Of a stretch of DNA of 64,000 nt, positions 22,701 to 37,700 are shown in pieces; positions within the stretch are counted from its first letter, which is position 1; each line of letters opens with the position of its first letter. Source of the DNA: Pocillopora damicornis (taxonomy: Eukaryota). A program made the position numbers and the translations under genes. Under the pieces are notes generated by a model that was not told the origin of the DNA, made no database searches, and was given only the letters and a program-made list of their open reading frames with translations. The stretch lies in NCBI RefSeq assembly GCF_003704095.1, contig NW_020844656.1:248001-312000 (forward strand). Reading direction: 5' to 3'.

Positions 22701-25700
22701 TTTTACAGTACAACCCTACTGTATTTCAAGCTAGGCAGACATGTTAGAAGTAATGAAACTGGTTTCCATATTTAGTGCTCTTCTGACTGAGAATTTAGTG
22801 AGCCACCCCAAGACCTTTCTCTTTGATGATTCTTGTACCAATTCAAATGAAGAGTGCATTATGGTGTTTTCTGTTTGTGCAGGGCAGAAAATGAGAAGAG
22901 TTTGTCCTCTGATCCAAGTAGCACCGATGTCAAGAGCTTCTTTTCTAACTGCAACGTGGCAGCCCTGAGACAGCTTGGAGGTGGAAGAGTTCTGTTAGAC
23001 CTGTGTCTTTCCTTGCCTGAATTTTCAAAGATTGCATCCAAACCAGAATCATCAGCAACTTTGATTAGTTTAACATCCTCAAGGTGTGTCCTCAACTTAC
23101 AGCACTCCAAGTTGCAAACAATTTGGTTTGCATGAGGAATACAAAAAAATTTTTGGCTGCTACATATTTAAATTTTCAGCAAAAGTCACCAGAGCCTAGT
23201 TGTTCAAAGGCAGATTAGTGCTAACCCAAGGTTAAATTTTAATCCAGGTTTCTTTATTCCTTAATTCAAAAGCCTTTTTGTAATTTACCCTGTTTTAACT
23301 CTCTCACCAAAGCAGCACAACAATTTCTTTAGAAACTTTCTCCTTTGTTCATTTACCTTTTTCAGACAATTTTCTCGATTCTTTTTACAGCATCCAATCA
23401 TCAAGTTGTGGAAAAAATAATTATGCAGAATTTTCTTTTTAAAGCTCTCAGATTTGAAATCAGATTTCATACGAACTCTGGGTTATCTTAACCCAGCTTT
23501 GAACAATCTGGCCCAGACTGGTAACCTGTGTTTATGACTTTAACTTAATTTCATTTAATATTATGCTGTAAGTGATCTGTCATTGTCTCCTTCCCTGGGT
23601 AGGGCTAGAGTTTTAAACCACTTTACATTACTCCAACTTGTTTGAAATTGTTAAAATTACCAGTATGGTATTTTTTTTATTCACACCACTCCTTTTTATA
23701 TCATTATTTGAACTTCTGCATGTTTCTTTAGATGTCTTTAAAGCAATGTACTAAGAACTTGAAATTCCAAGTAATTTATCTATTGCGAAGTTTTTAGGGA
23801 TCAGATGCAGGACCAAACAAGCTTATAACTTTAAACTCCTTCCTTTCTGGATGAAGATCATGATGATGATAATTACCCCATCATTGTTTTTTATATGTGT
23901 TTAAAACTTACTTGTGAAGTTCTTGTTGCAGTATTCAGAGTCTGTCCTCAGAGCTGTTGGTTGTGTCCAGCATAATTTCCATCCCAATACTGGAACCTCT
24001 CTCAGCAGCTAGAGTTGAGAAAGTCTGTCAGCTGGCATTAGGATGCTTGGATGTGGCTCTGACAATTGCTACAGGAAACTTCAATATAGTAGGAGCTGCA
24101 GGTGGGTGAAATTGAAACACCTGTTACTGGTACATAATTAAGGGCTGATGCACAAAAACAGCAGCAAAGAATTTGGCTTTCTTGAAATGAATATACAACA
24201 CTCATAAAATCCTCTAGGAGATACAGTGTATATTAACTCTTATTTGGGCCTTCATTGTTCTGAGACAGCTGGAAACTTTTTCCTCATGAAAAGTTAGTTG
24301 TGCAGAAGCTGGGCACTTTGTGAGCAGAGTTGAAGCATTTTTTGCAAGAACAAAGAAGGAAATCTTGAGGCCAATCAGAACACAGAATTTGGGCCCAGAC
24401 AATGGGCATCACAATGCACACTGTGAAATACCCTGTTCCTCATGTTAGTATCCTTTTATTTTCATTTAGGAACAACAGGTTTGAGTCGACCACTCTCAGT
24501 TAAAACACTGGGAAGGTCTTCCTTGTCAAAAGCTTCTGGAGCAAAATCTGTCAGCAAAATGTCTGGTGAAGAAGAAAGCCTTGAAAAATGTGCCCAAACC
24601 ATTGTAGAAAATTGTGTAAGTACACTTGGGTGTTTCTGCCTTGTAGTACAGGTTACTGCCATATTGGAGATCAGATTTGTAGTAAGTTTTTGTTTATCAT
24701 ATCTTGGTAGATCAATGTGTTTGATGTGATATGCGGAGTAATACAATCCTCATCTCGGGCTGGAGGTCAGGTATTGCAGAATGTTCACATGCTAGCGGCA
24801 CACAGGATTATTCAAAGCCTTCTTCCTGTTTTGGGACTTATTGCTGAGGATGGTACATCCAAGGAGAGTGCTGCTTCTAAATTTAAATGGTTGGTGTCCA
24901 TTTGAAATTATAATGGTTATGTTAATATAAATACTCATCAGACAAGCACTCTTTTGATTGAAGGAGAGATGATTGGTGCTATTGGTTTTGAACATAACTC
25001 AGTGTTGAAGGACACAGGGTTGTCAAAATAAGGTGGCAATTGGTGCAGAATCTTTTTGACAACCCTGGTAAAAAAACAAACTTGTTTGATTCTTTTGTAA
25101 TATGTTGATCAATTTGAAGCTTCAATATCCCCCCTGGACAACCCATGGGTATTTGACCATTGTCCATGCCTAGGGGGTGGGGAATTTGAACATTGCCTGG
25201 CTGGGGTGGGGAAGTTGAACAATTCTTCCAGTGGAACTAAAGTGCTTTTATAATATCTTTAAATATGGAGGTTTTTAAGGCAAATAGTTTACTTTGGCAA
25301 GAGAATGGCTCAGAAGAAAAGGTTTAGGTTTTAAAGCTTGGTCAATATGTAGAAAGCCATGGTGGCTGATTTTGCCTTTTTCAAACAAATTGGATGGGGC
25401 ATTTGAAGACATTTTTTGTTGCATGGGGGGAGGGGGAGGGGGCAGGAATTTATTTGAATGAACCAAAGCCTCAGGGGCTGTCTTGAAGGGGGAATGTTGA
25501 AAATAATTTATATGACTTGTTCATTCTACTCAGCATTGGTTATAATTTACAAAATCACTTGTCTTTGAGTAGAAAGGGAGGTAAGTGTTTTTCAAGTCTT
25601 CAAATACAAATTTTCATTGTAATTTTGTTCATTTGCATTAAAGGCTACAAGGAGTGAACACACTGGTGGTTGTGCTTGCCTCACGAGGAATCACTCTCCT

Positions 25701-28700
25701 GTCTTCACTTTTGGAAGAGCTGCAAGTGGAAGGATTACTGACAGACCTTGAAGATAGACATTCTTCAGTTGGGTCTGACTTCTCTGTCAATTCACGTTGC
25801 TCTGCATGGAAGAGAGTGACAAAGCTGATGGATGAACTGCCTCTGTTGAATTACCTGTTTGCACAGTTCTCTACCTTGTACAAAATGGTAAGGCACACCA
25901 ATACACTTAACCCTTTTCCCCCAACCATCGGTAGGCATATTCTCCTCTCTGTTCTCTATGCATTTCCTCTGGTGCTGACAAGGAGAATTTGTTTGACAGT
26001 CAGGGACTTAATTCTTAAATTGGTGATTATTTCCTTCATTCTCATGACCTTTATATTTTATTCAATGGTGATACTGTAAGAAGAAACTAGAAGCCAGTTA
26101 CTCTTTAAGGGATTTAAAGGTTAAATAACTAGCAGCACATCTTACCTTCTGCTTGACTTATACCATACCCTGTATGAGCTCCTGCCTTTGGTGCCTTCCA
26201 TTGTAAAATTGGGTATGCTTATGGGTATCATGTGTGGTTAAATAATTTTATTATGTGAGTTGAATATCTCAAAGATTATGAAAATGATGGAGATGAATTA
26301 TTGTTTAAGAGGTTGTTTTTGTTTTTAGTTGTGATCAGTTTATATTTTTTTGTTTTTAACCTTACATCTTGATTGTTAAACATCAACAGGCAACTGCCAT
26401 GATCACTCCAGCAGTATCAGCAGGTCAGGCATCCTCACGACCAAGCTCAGCCAAATCAGACAGCTCAAAATCTCCAGCTACATCATCAGACGAAGGAGAC
26501 AGTGAATACATCTCTTACTCTGATGGGAGCAGTGAAGGTACTGTACTTTTCATCTCTTGTGGAAATGCTAACATTGTTATTTACTCTAACAAACGTTAAC
26601 AAACATTCACCAAAGTGGAAGAGGCAAGTGGTGGATATTTACCAAGTTGTGAAGCCACAAGGTAAATATCCACAGCAAGCCACTAACACTGAAGTTAATA
26701 GTTGTTTAGTTTATACTGAAAAAGTGAGATTATAGAGCACAATGGGTCTTTAACTCATTTATTCCTGCAACATTTACATTTTTACAGGCCAAAATCCTAT
26801 GCACATTGCTCGAAGGTGAATGGCAAAGGATATTTAGAGTTTGGGTAGCCAATTGGAGTGCACCTTCATTGCAATCCACTGTTTTAGTTTAGTACTAATC
26901 TTAATTATTAGCATTGATCATGAACACCTGCACGATTATGTGCTCTTTGAACATTTTACTTTTGAAATTTATACCTGCTTTTGTTGATATAAACTTGTAA
27001 ACTATGGGAAAATCTTACCAAAGCACAGTAACATTTGATGCACGACCCATGTGTGTGGGGAAACAAAGTTTAAACAGCTATCTTTTTTCAAAAAGTGAGC
27101 CCAAATTTACCATCTTTCTTCACTCAGTTATTAATTTAATCCTTTAACTCCCAAGATCTCATCAGTAATTCTCCTTACTGTCTGCTAAATTTCATTATGT
27201 TAATTTGGATAATCTGGTATCAACTAGTAATCCCACAATGGATATTTTTCTTTATTCTCATCACTTGTCAACATGGGTTTAAATCAGCCAGTTTACAATG
27301 CAGTTCTGGTTGGCTGGCTACATTTAGCAAGGGGTCACATTATTGGGGACAAACTTTGCAATTTGTTCGTTTGTGAAATTTTAGCCCAGCTGGTGACTTA
27401 GGAATTCTGACTGGACTCTAATAACTATGTTTTAATATCAATAAACAGCTGTGAAACTTTGAACATTATCTTGCATGGCCCTCTACTTGGTAACTTTAAG
27501 CAAGAAAATTTCTGATATGATAATATTTGTTCAATCTGTAATCTAGACGAAGAATCATTGCTTGGTCAGTGGTTTCAAGACACGTTATCATCAACACCAG
27601 CAATTCTATCTGCCAGCCCACAACCCCCAACAAGAAAGAAATCAGAAAGTGGAGATGTTGGAGACAGTGGGACAGAGACTACACCCTCTGGACGGTCATT
27701 CCAGATGGCACCTGAGGAGGTACATGTGATCTAATACAAAAAATTTACTAGAATCCTTGCTTAAATTGGGGGTGGGTGCCCACCCCCCCTTTCAGAAAGC
27801 TACCTATGACTGGGAGGTCTGTGCAACCTAGTTCCCCATCCATTATTCTGAGCCTCAGTGAACACAAGTCCTCAGTAGGAAAACACTTTAAAACAATGGC
27901 TACACAACTGCTAAATGTATATACATGTATACAGTTTACAGATTCTAAGTTCTATTGATCTAACTGCACAATACAGTCACAAACTGCTTGTGCAGTATAC
28001 ATGACTCTTTTGACTAAACATACTGTGGGGAAACCTAACTGAGACTTGTCTTTAGTGACATCTGAATTTGTACTTCATGTTGAGCTTTTTTCTTGGCAGT
28101 ACATCTACCTGGCAACATGCACCCTCCAGTTCTTATCCAAACACTTATTGAGCAGCTCAATACCAGAAATGACAGAGTATGTTAGCCATTCCTTTACTGA
28201 GACACACATCATTGGGCTTGTGGGAGTTGTCAAGGATCTGGATCAACTAGCTGTGATCAGCATGCCAAGTTATGTTGACATGGACAAGCTTTGCAGTGCT
28301 GTTGATCAGGCAGTCCACCTGCTTCTTGTATCAGACTTGCTGACACAACATCAACAGGCAAGTTGAGACAAAGGCCAAGTTTATTTACGGTGTACATGTT
28401 ATGTTTTTCAGGTATGATGAGTCACATAGTCCAAGGGCTGGTTACTGAAAATGACCAATCAGTAAATGATTTATTGCCAGTCATACATAGTCAAGTAATT
28501 TTAAATCAATGGAACTGGAATGTCCTGTGTGATCTGGCAGAACATTTTTGCCTGTTCAACTCGAGTAGACAGAAGGTGTAGAAGATGTTGTATGTAGAAA
28601 TTGTTGTAAACCTCTTGAATTGGTTGCTGAAAATATTGGGTTTATTTCAACTTCTCTTTGTCCTTCACAGCTTAGTTTGGATAAAGCTTTAAAATTGGCC

Positions 28701-31700
28701 ATTCAAATAGTGTTTGTTGACTGTGGTAGTCTCAGATTGTAGTTCTTGCTTACCAAGGTCAATGAAAAGTTCACAGGTTGATTTTTAGCAACATATTCTT
28801 TTCTATCAGGATGTTTTCCTCAGTCATCTGGGTTTGGCACCTCTAGGTCATGGACCATGGCCATTAAAAGTGAGTCAACGTTGTCTGGGTATCCTTGCAA
28901 GGGTGTTACTGGCTCGACAGCAGAAGGCATTGCAAATTTCTAGCACTGGGATGGATATTGAAGAATGCATAAATGTTTGGAAAAGGTTGATTGACACTCT
29001 TAAAGATTACTGTCTCACAAGTGAGGATTTTACTCCACTTACCATTCCAGGTACAGTATATTTGAGTTATATGCTGCTTAAATTACTCCCAGAAGTGATT
29101 CACATGTAACTTCTCCCAACAATATCCATACACTATCCAGCAGACAGGTAATGAGAGTATTCAAATGTATCAGGTAGAAGTTGTCATCTTGACCTAACAC
29201 CAAATTCTCGCAACTAATTAACAAGGAAATGAGTAGCAGCTAGAGGGGAGAATTAACAATCAGATACTGGGAGTTAAATAGTTAATTCATTGTACTTCTG
29301 CACAATCAGATTTGTTCTACAATGTGTATTCTACATACAGGATATATGCAGTGTAGTACTCACAGCATAATGTGACAGATTTCACTGGTTCAATCATTGG
29401 TTGTTACTGGATTTATTCATTGTAGTTCATGATAATTGCATTGCATCAACTCTAGTTGGTTTTTTCAGTCATTTCCATCTGTCTTCTTTAGTTACAAGTT
29501 TTAGTCATAAGGAGGTGTAATTTACTTTACAGAAAACTGTTTTCCTTGTGGACACAGTGAGAAAACCATTTGAGATGTTTCTGTTGAACTTTAAGGACCA
29601 CATCTAGTCTTCCNNNNNNNNNNNNNNNNNNNNNNNNNNNNNNNNNNNNNNNNNNNNNNNNNNNNNNNNNNNNNNNNNNNNNNNNNNNNNNNNNNNNNNN
29701 NNNNNNNNNNNNNNNNNNNNNNNNNNNNNNNNNNNNNNNNNNNNNNNNNNNNNNNNNNNNNNNNNNNNNNNNNNNNNNNNNNNNNNNNNNNNNNNNNNNN
29801 NNNNNNNNNNNNNNNNNNNNNNNNNNNNNNNNNNNNNNNNNNNNNNNNNNNNNNNGGGTATTGTGCAACAGGGAAACTGAAAGAATCTACCAACCTGTAG
29901 CTGTCAGCACAGATAGTTATTGTAAGTCTAAGCAAACATTTCATATTTTCTTTCAGATCTCAATGTGGAACATCTCCAACTTCTGCTGTTCATTTTCCAC
30001 AACTTTTCTCTGAATCAGCGTAAATCACTCATCACTTATTGTGTCAGCGTGCTTATAACCATTGCCAACTCATTGTCAATATTGCATTCTCCTCCCTTGG
30101 CACTGGGTCGTCTCTTATTGCTGTTGGATTACTTTCTTCACCATTTGTCAGCACCACCAGAAGATCTATTTAAACAGGTCTGTGATACACAATAATTAGT
30201 GTATACGCTCTAAATTGAAATGTAAAGCTTATGTGTACAGACTGCCCTTTTTTAAAAGTTGCATATGATATCTGTGGTAAGTTCCAGGGCCTTGAATTGC
30301 ATTGTTTTTCAGTTGCTTGAGATTCAAATGTAACAAATTCTAATACAAAGAAAAGCCATAACAAAAATTTATATCACAAATTTTTAAAATTTTTTTATGC
30401 CTAAGAGAATTGCAGTTTAAGTAGATGTGTAGTTTCAATTAGTCACATGACATTAGCCAGCTATGTGTATTAGTTATTAGTATTGGATTATCATTCACAT
30501 TAGGTGCAGCATAACCTATTCCAAAGCTGTGCCTCAGCCAACTCAAGATTTATGGAGGACCAAGGCTGTGCAGATTCCTTTGAACCTTTGTATTATGCTG
30601 CTAATAACTCTGAAGAAGACTCTTTGAAAGTTCCTTTACTGGCTGATGAGCTCAAGTTACCCAAGTCTCACAGTTTGACGCCCAGATTTTATGAGATAAG
30701 ATCTGTTCTTGTAGGGAATGACATGGATAAAGAGGTGTGTTGCTGACCTGTTGTTAGTAATCTCCCTACAGCAGAGGTGCAGGGCTTTGTTTGTATCCCT
30801 CTGAATAAATGGATCGGCAATTGCACTTTGATTGAGTTATTATGTTGTGTTCCTGGGCATGACACCCTACTCTCACAATTACTCTGTTCACCCTGGAGAA
30901 TAAATGGGTTCTGGCAAACTGTTGCAGAGACATGATAAATTTCACTCAGGATGTTACCTGTGGTGACCCACATCCCATCTACTGTAGGATGGGAGTCAAA
31001 AGTAATTGCTTCATGCCAGTGAAACCAGGATAAACTTTGCCAGTAAGGACAGAAGGCTAGCAAGACTGAACCCTTTACCTCCCAAAAGTGATTAACATGT
31101 AACTTCTCCCTGTAATATCTAAACATCATCCAACAAACAGGTCATGAAACTACTCAAACTTATCAGTTAGAAGCTGTTATCGTGATGTAATACCATACTC
31201 ACATAACTAATTTACAAGGAAATGTGTAGCAGCCAGAAAGGAGAATTAACAATCAGATTTTGGGAGTTAAAGGATGTATTGCCATGATGGAATTTTTGTT
31301 TATATTTTCTATGACTAATATAATAGCATTTGGTTGATTTAAAAATTTCAGGCTTGCTCTACACTTTTAAGTTTGTCTGGAGATGGTCAAAACTACAAGG
31401 ATTTTTATTCAGCAATGATCAAGTTTCTGATGGTGGGATCTCACCCAGGAGACAGTTATCATTCAGGGCCAGTTGATGGTGCAGTTGTGAAGCACAGCTT
31501 CAACCTTGCATGGCGGATACTAGACTGTCTACCACCATCAGTTGATTTTTTTCAGAAACTTCTTCAAGATCTTGAGAGACAGCATCTTCAAGTAACTGTA
31601 AGTAAAGTGATAGTTACAGTTGTACATGTACTCAGTCCTGTAACTATCAGAAGCAATCACACTATCAATTTTGCATCCAATATTTTTACAGTGTCAAACA

Positions 31701-34700
31701 AAGTGAGACCAGTTGTGAGGGACCTTATAAAATTTAATACTAGAATAAGCAAGTGTTTTTCTCATCTTTTTCTATCTATCCCATTTCCATTCTATTAACA
31801 CATTTTCCCTTTTTCAAAGGACCCCGACCTAGCAGAACTTTTGTGTAGTCTGAAATTTGTGTCAAAACTTGGCACTTCAAGTCCAGATGCTGCCTTCTGT
31901 GAAACACTCAAGGTATGAGCATGATGTGTACATTTGTAAACTGTGTGTACATATTGCAAAATGATACTGTATTTATTTATGAACTTGATGGACCTCCTTG
32001 ACTGTACATGACCCTGCTGTAAATGAGGATGGTTTTATGTTTGGGTGAAAGTGGTCTTGTCTTTGTACATTGAAAGTGAAATATCAACATGTACACATAA
32101 GAATGAACAAGAATTTCAAGTTTCTTTTTTTTTTTTCAGTTTTACATATTTTTATTGGTTGAGTCAGTACCTTGCTTCTTGCTTTTACATGTACATGTAC
32201 ATGTACCCTCATGGACATGCAATTAAAGATTGGAAATTCAGTCATTACTGAGAATCTTTCATTTATTGTGAAATGTAGGGAGCAGTGCTTGTGATGTTCT
32301 TTGCTTTCTTTTTCATTAACCTCAGATCAAGGGGTTTGGTACATGTAAATTTTAAGCTTGATAGTCAAATAAAAAAGGATGTTAGACGATTACTATGATG
32401 TGGAATGGAGAAAACATCAAAATTCCCAAAGGAGAATTTAAACCCAAGACCTTCTGATTATGTAGTCGCACGCTCTACCAACTGAACTGAATTACATCTA
32501 TTGGCACGCTAGGCCATATATTTGATTCATTCAGCCTTTTGATGAATGTTTTAGGCCCTGCTTGGATCAGGGGTGTCAGAATCATAGTTAGTTGTAAATT
32601 TTGGATCAGCCATAGTAATAATCTTGTTTCACCCTACAGAACAGTCTTGTTGATCAAGGAATGTCCAGTGAAGACTCTAAGAAAATGATTGATAAAGTAA
32701 CAAGTTTGAGTGGTGATCTCCATCACAGTGTCATGATGGCAAAACAGTTCTTGATAGAGGTAATGATTATTACATTGCACGGACTAATGTTTATGTTTCT
32801 GTTGATCAAAGGTCAATGGCTCTTTATTTATACTTACATATACAAACTGAAGCTTATATTCTGTTTAAATCTCTGTGAAGAATGTTTTTTGAAGATGGAA
32901 TGGGAATGACTTTGTTAATAGCACCTTTTTGGATAATTTACACCATACAACCTAAAGTTTTTGATCTATGGTTTTTTGAGAGTTGAATTGCTGAAAGTTT
33001 TAGATAGCACTTGGTCTTGAATTTTTTTTTTTTTTTTTGACAGAAAAGGATACATGATGTAATTGACCTCTTAACTTGTGTACCATTAACACTGTAGAAC
33101 ATCATGGTGACTATGATTGGAGACCTTATCGCCATTGTGGGTGACTAAAACTAATGTACCTAAACATGGGTTATACAAGGGGTTCCAAAACAATCAATTT
33201 AAAAATTGAGAAAATTTGTTTCACAATGGGAAACTCAAGGTTTGCTATAATCTGTGTGTCATATGTAGATCTTAGTGTTCTCTTCCCCTTTGCAATAGCC
33301 ATGGGCATCATATTTCTTTCCTTCTGCCTCATACAATAATCTTATAATTATGGTGATTTGTTTGTTATTTGTGTAGATGTTGAAACTTCACACTGAACTT
33401 GTCCAGGCTGACAGACCTTATAAACTACCAGGACTACTGAGCCTTTGCACACTTGATGCTGTCATTGGAAAAACTCATGTGGCACTAAATTCTCTCTTTG
33501 GAAACTGTGATGAAGATCCTGATTTAACCCTTGTTGTGGAAAATGCCAATGAGTTATTGCCTGCACTCATTGACTTGATTTCATTATATCAGAAATTTGT
33601 TGGGTAAGGAGTTTTAGAATGTGACAATACTGTGAAGCAAAGCTGCTGTTGTTCTCAGTCTTAGAAATGTAACCCTGTCCTAAATGTTTACTTAACTGTG
33701 AGTTGTGAAATAAGGAATGAGTGAGTGTAATTCTCCAAAACCCAGTCTTTTGAATAAATCCTTCTCTTAGACAGCACTATACTACACTAAGAGTCTGATA
33801 TCAAAGAAAATGTGTTTGCCATCAGTTTTATTTTAACTTATTTCTTGTTTTTAGGCTTTGTTTGCTGTTTGATGCTACAAAGCAGAAGAATGACGATAGC
33901 GAGGGAATGGAGGCATTGCAGGCGTACTCCAGTGTCCTAAAGATTGGGTGTATGCGACTTCCTAAACACTCATGTCTTTCAGTGACATTCTTGGCAGGTA
34001 TGCAAGTTGAATGAGTCTTGATAACTCAGAATTTATCAACTGAAGTTATCCTAATACTTTACCAAGATTTGGCCTTGCAAGGCAGAAAAAAGCTTTTAAC
34101 TTTCTTGAAAAAAAATTTTTTTTTTGCAGGTCTTCCCACATCTGTGAAAAAACATTTGGAGAAATGGAACAACATTGTGCTCACAAATTTTCCCTCTGCA
34201 TCATCATGGAAGACATCATCATGTCTAATTGAAGTCGGCACAGAAAACTTTCTGGATTCTCTGGTGTCAGCTCATGTGTTGGCTGTCTGCAGTGGTAATA
34301 TCTTGGATATTGCACCAGCTCTTAAACACACTCTTCACTCATTGGTTCAGCTAGCTGCTGATTTGCTTTCGTAAGTCTTTGTTAATGCCATTCTATTTAA
34401 ACTCTGGGTGTAAAATTTATCTAACTCTCTCCTAAATTGATTTGGATGGAAAAATCACTTACTGTGCACTCTCATAAACCTGGAAACAGATATTAGACAC
34501 TGTGGCAATAATAAATATTTCAATTTGTATCAAATTCATGAATCTTGCCACATGTGCTTTTAAACTGTAATATAACGGTAATATCAGGCTGCATGTTCTC
34601 AATACTGTTTTCTATACATTGTCTTAAGGTGCTGACATGGTGAATTTATTATTTTCACAATCAAGAGCTTCTTTAGTTGGTGATCAGGTCCTTTAGGGAT

Positions 34701-37700
34701 ATTATAAGGAGAAATTATATTCAAGTCACTCTTAGGGGTGGAAGGGTTAAGAAAGCAACTCTCTTAATTCTTAGGTTGAAAAGATAAGATTTCACCACAT
34801 TTATTGCACATGCTGTGTCTCAATTTTCTTATATGGAATCCCTCATTCAGTGATTTTTTTTTTCTGCTCACAAGGTGGTGTCCAAAAGAGGAACACTCAA
34901 TGCAAACTGCCCTGGGGAAGCAACTGTGTGATAACATAGTACCACTTATGGTGGATGCCACTACAGAGTATTTGTCTGAACAGTGTAACACCATCTTGGA
35001 GCGAGTCATTGACTCAGCAGACAGTGACAAATTTGCCAATTGTATTCAGTCTTATGTGCTATCAAAATGTCACAAACTTCTTTTAGACCAGTCAAGAGCT
35101 AGTAGGTATGTCAAAGAGTCAAATTATTATTGTTCAGCATTAATATATCAAGAATAGAGTTTGAAAATGCAGTGATCATTTTTCTCGTTCTTAGATCTGA
35201 TATTGGTGAAGAGGTTCTGGTGGACTGTTTGAAATACATGGATTCCTTGTTGGACAAAGTGTCTGACCACTCACTATTGGATCAGTTGTACTCAAAGAAC
35301 AGAGAACTCTGCCAAGTTATTGTGTTCTCTGCAAACAAGCGCCTATCTCTTGGATATGTCAATAGAACACTGAAACTGGCAGTTCGCTTCCTGCAACTTG
35401 GTAAATTTTGTTGAATTTAACATCATGGTCATTGTTAACTTAAGAACTACTTTTACAAAATGTACAAATGCCATTTATTTTTTCACAGCTGAGAAACCTG
35501 TAAACTCCAGTATGCGCTCGTTATGTTCAAGTCTCTCTGAGCTTTGCCACATAGACCATGCAAACATTGAGGCATGGCTGAGAAGGATCATCTTAGGTGT
35601 GGAAGAAGACAAAGGGAACACTGGAAAGATGGCAGATAACAGACTTCTCTTACAGACATTTGCCACTCATATTGTCAAGGAGTCAAGGTATAACACCCTG
35701 AGGGGCCTTGTAATGTAGTGTGAGGTAAAGCTTAGAATGTAAAATGATGGTTTAATGACTTAATTACCGGTAAATGGATCTGTTTAAATTTTTGCTTTTG
35801 GTATGTTGCCTAATTAGTCATCTTCTAAAAATGTATGAAAAGGAATTGACACTTCATGATAAACTTTGTGAACTTTAAGATGGCAAGAGGTGAGAAGTCC
35901 TGTGTGTAGATAGATATACACTGTACATGTAATACTCATCACAAAATAGATTCAAAGTATTTCTGTGGGTTATGGTTTGGAATGACATGTTATGGTGTTA
36001 TTTGTACAGCCCTGTTGGTGAAGAAGTAAGCCACTGCCTGCTAAAATGCTTAATTCCACTGGGAAATGAGCTCCTGCCAGATGTCCCTGGAGAGTGGAGT
36101 AATATTGGATCCAAATTTGGTGACCTCATGAACACAGCTGCTGTGCTGGCCAGTGCAGGTGATGGAGCAGGACATCTTACACTCTGTGCTGCCATCATTA
36201 AGTGGCTGGAGAAATGGTATGCCTAAACGAAGCAAAGATTACCTCTTCTTTATCCGTCTTATCCTCTGCAAGTCAAAGATTGCTGATACTTGGAGGATTG
36301 TGTTAACTCTGTTGTCTTTTATTCTCAGTCTTATTCTTGATTGTGGTTAACATTGACATAAGTTGCTACAGGCTGTAGGTCTAATAAATAAAGTTTGGGG
36401 AGTTACACATGAAATTTCAAAAGTTTGTTTATCTTTCTTCCAGCAAAACCCAACTTCTCATGGTAGCAGAAAGTGGCGAGAAAGGAAAAGAGAGTGGCAT
36501 TGTAGAAGCTGCTGGGCCTCTTCTCCGGTATCTAGCAGAGCTAATGAGAGCTCTTAAATACTCCTCAGAAAAGGAATGCCCTCCATCACCATCACTGTGC
36601 CCAGTTGATGGTGAATCATTGCTGCAGGATGTAGAATCTGATTGGATGGATGATATGGGTGGTGATGACGAAGACTCTGGTGGAGAAGAGTCGGTAAGTG
36701 AAAAGAAAATTAGGGTCAATAGTGATAGGGTCTTATTCTTGTTTTTTATGTCCCATGAAATCACGACAATTTATAGTCAGGTGCTTTGTAGACCCTTATG
36801 TCTTTTATGGTCCAGTCCAGTTGGCTTCACTAGGAGTAGAAATTTTTTGACAGATTTATTTACACTCCCCAGTTTCTTAACATTAGGCCAAAGTAGGCTT
36901 AGAATTTCATTGAGAATGTTTCTAAGGTCATTATTGTCAAATAAAAGTCATATAGGATGTCCTTTCCTCAAGATCATCATATGTTACTCTGTTCATGTAT
37001 TTTGGCGTGGATTCCTCTAAAATTGTGATGATTCTATCTCTCCCTCTAAGGATGAAGATTCTCTTTGCAACAAGCTCTGTACATTTACAATGACTCAGAA
37101 AGAGTTTATGAACCAACACTGGTACCACTGCCACACCTGTAAGATGAATGATGGGGTTGGCGTGTGCACAATATGTGCTAAAGTCTGCCATAAAGATCAT
37201 GACATCTCATACGCTAAGTATGGTTCGTTCTTTTGTGATTGTGGGGCTAAAGAAGATGGAAGCTGTACGGTAAGTGTTGTCCCTTTCAATATCAAACATT
37301 TGCCTAAAATGTGAATGCTTGGGTGTTTTGATTCTCTTTGTTATTTGGATGTTATCACGTATCACATGTGCTGTACAGCCTACAAGTCAATGGTTTGTAG
37401 TTTCTTCTGTAAAGACCATCTCTATTGGATTGCTGTACAGTGAGGTACATGTATTGTTTTTAATTGTCTGAACCATCTATAACAAAGCAATTAAGTTTGT
37501 GATTGTGGTAAGGAAGTTCAGTTGGATAGCCTGATTAAGGACAGGCAGGGGTAAGGGGTTAGTGCGCTCGACTCCGGATCAGGTGGTCCGGGTTCGAGCC
37601 CTGGCCGGGGTCATTGTGTTCTTAGGCAAGACACTTTACTCTCACAATGGTTCTCTTCACCCAGGTGTACAAATGGGTACCAGCAAATGTGCTGGGGGTA

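Noticed and set aside
24448-24457. GTATCCTTTT, a U12-type donor consensus
   Set aside because: It lies in the polypyrimidine tract ~20 nt before an acceptor, and the flanking exons join in frame by a normal GT-AG intron.
28363-28581. Possible extra UBR4 exon near 28412
   Set aside because: The neighbouring exons already join with continuous UBR4-like sequence, and this ORF shows no recognisable similarity.
29614-29855. Missing UBR4 exon in the N gap
   Set aside because: Exons ending 29050 and starting 29957 join in phase to give ..[13 protein letters not shown], continuous with the known motif.
30689-31129. 146-aa minus-strand ORF and other short antisense ORFs
   Set aside because: They overlap decayed SINE/MITE sequence or are antisense shadows of exons, with no domain signal.
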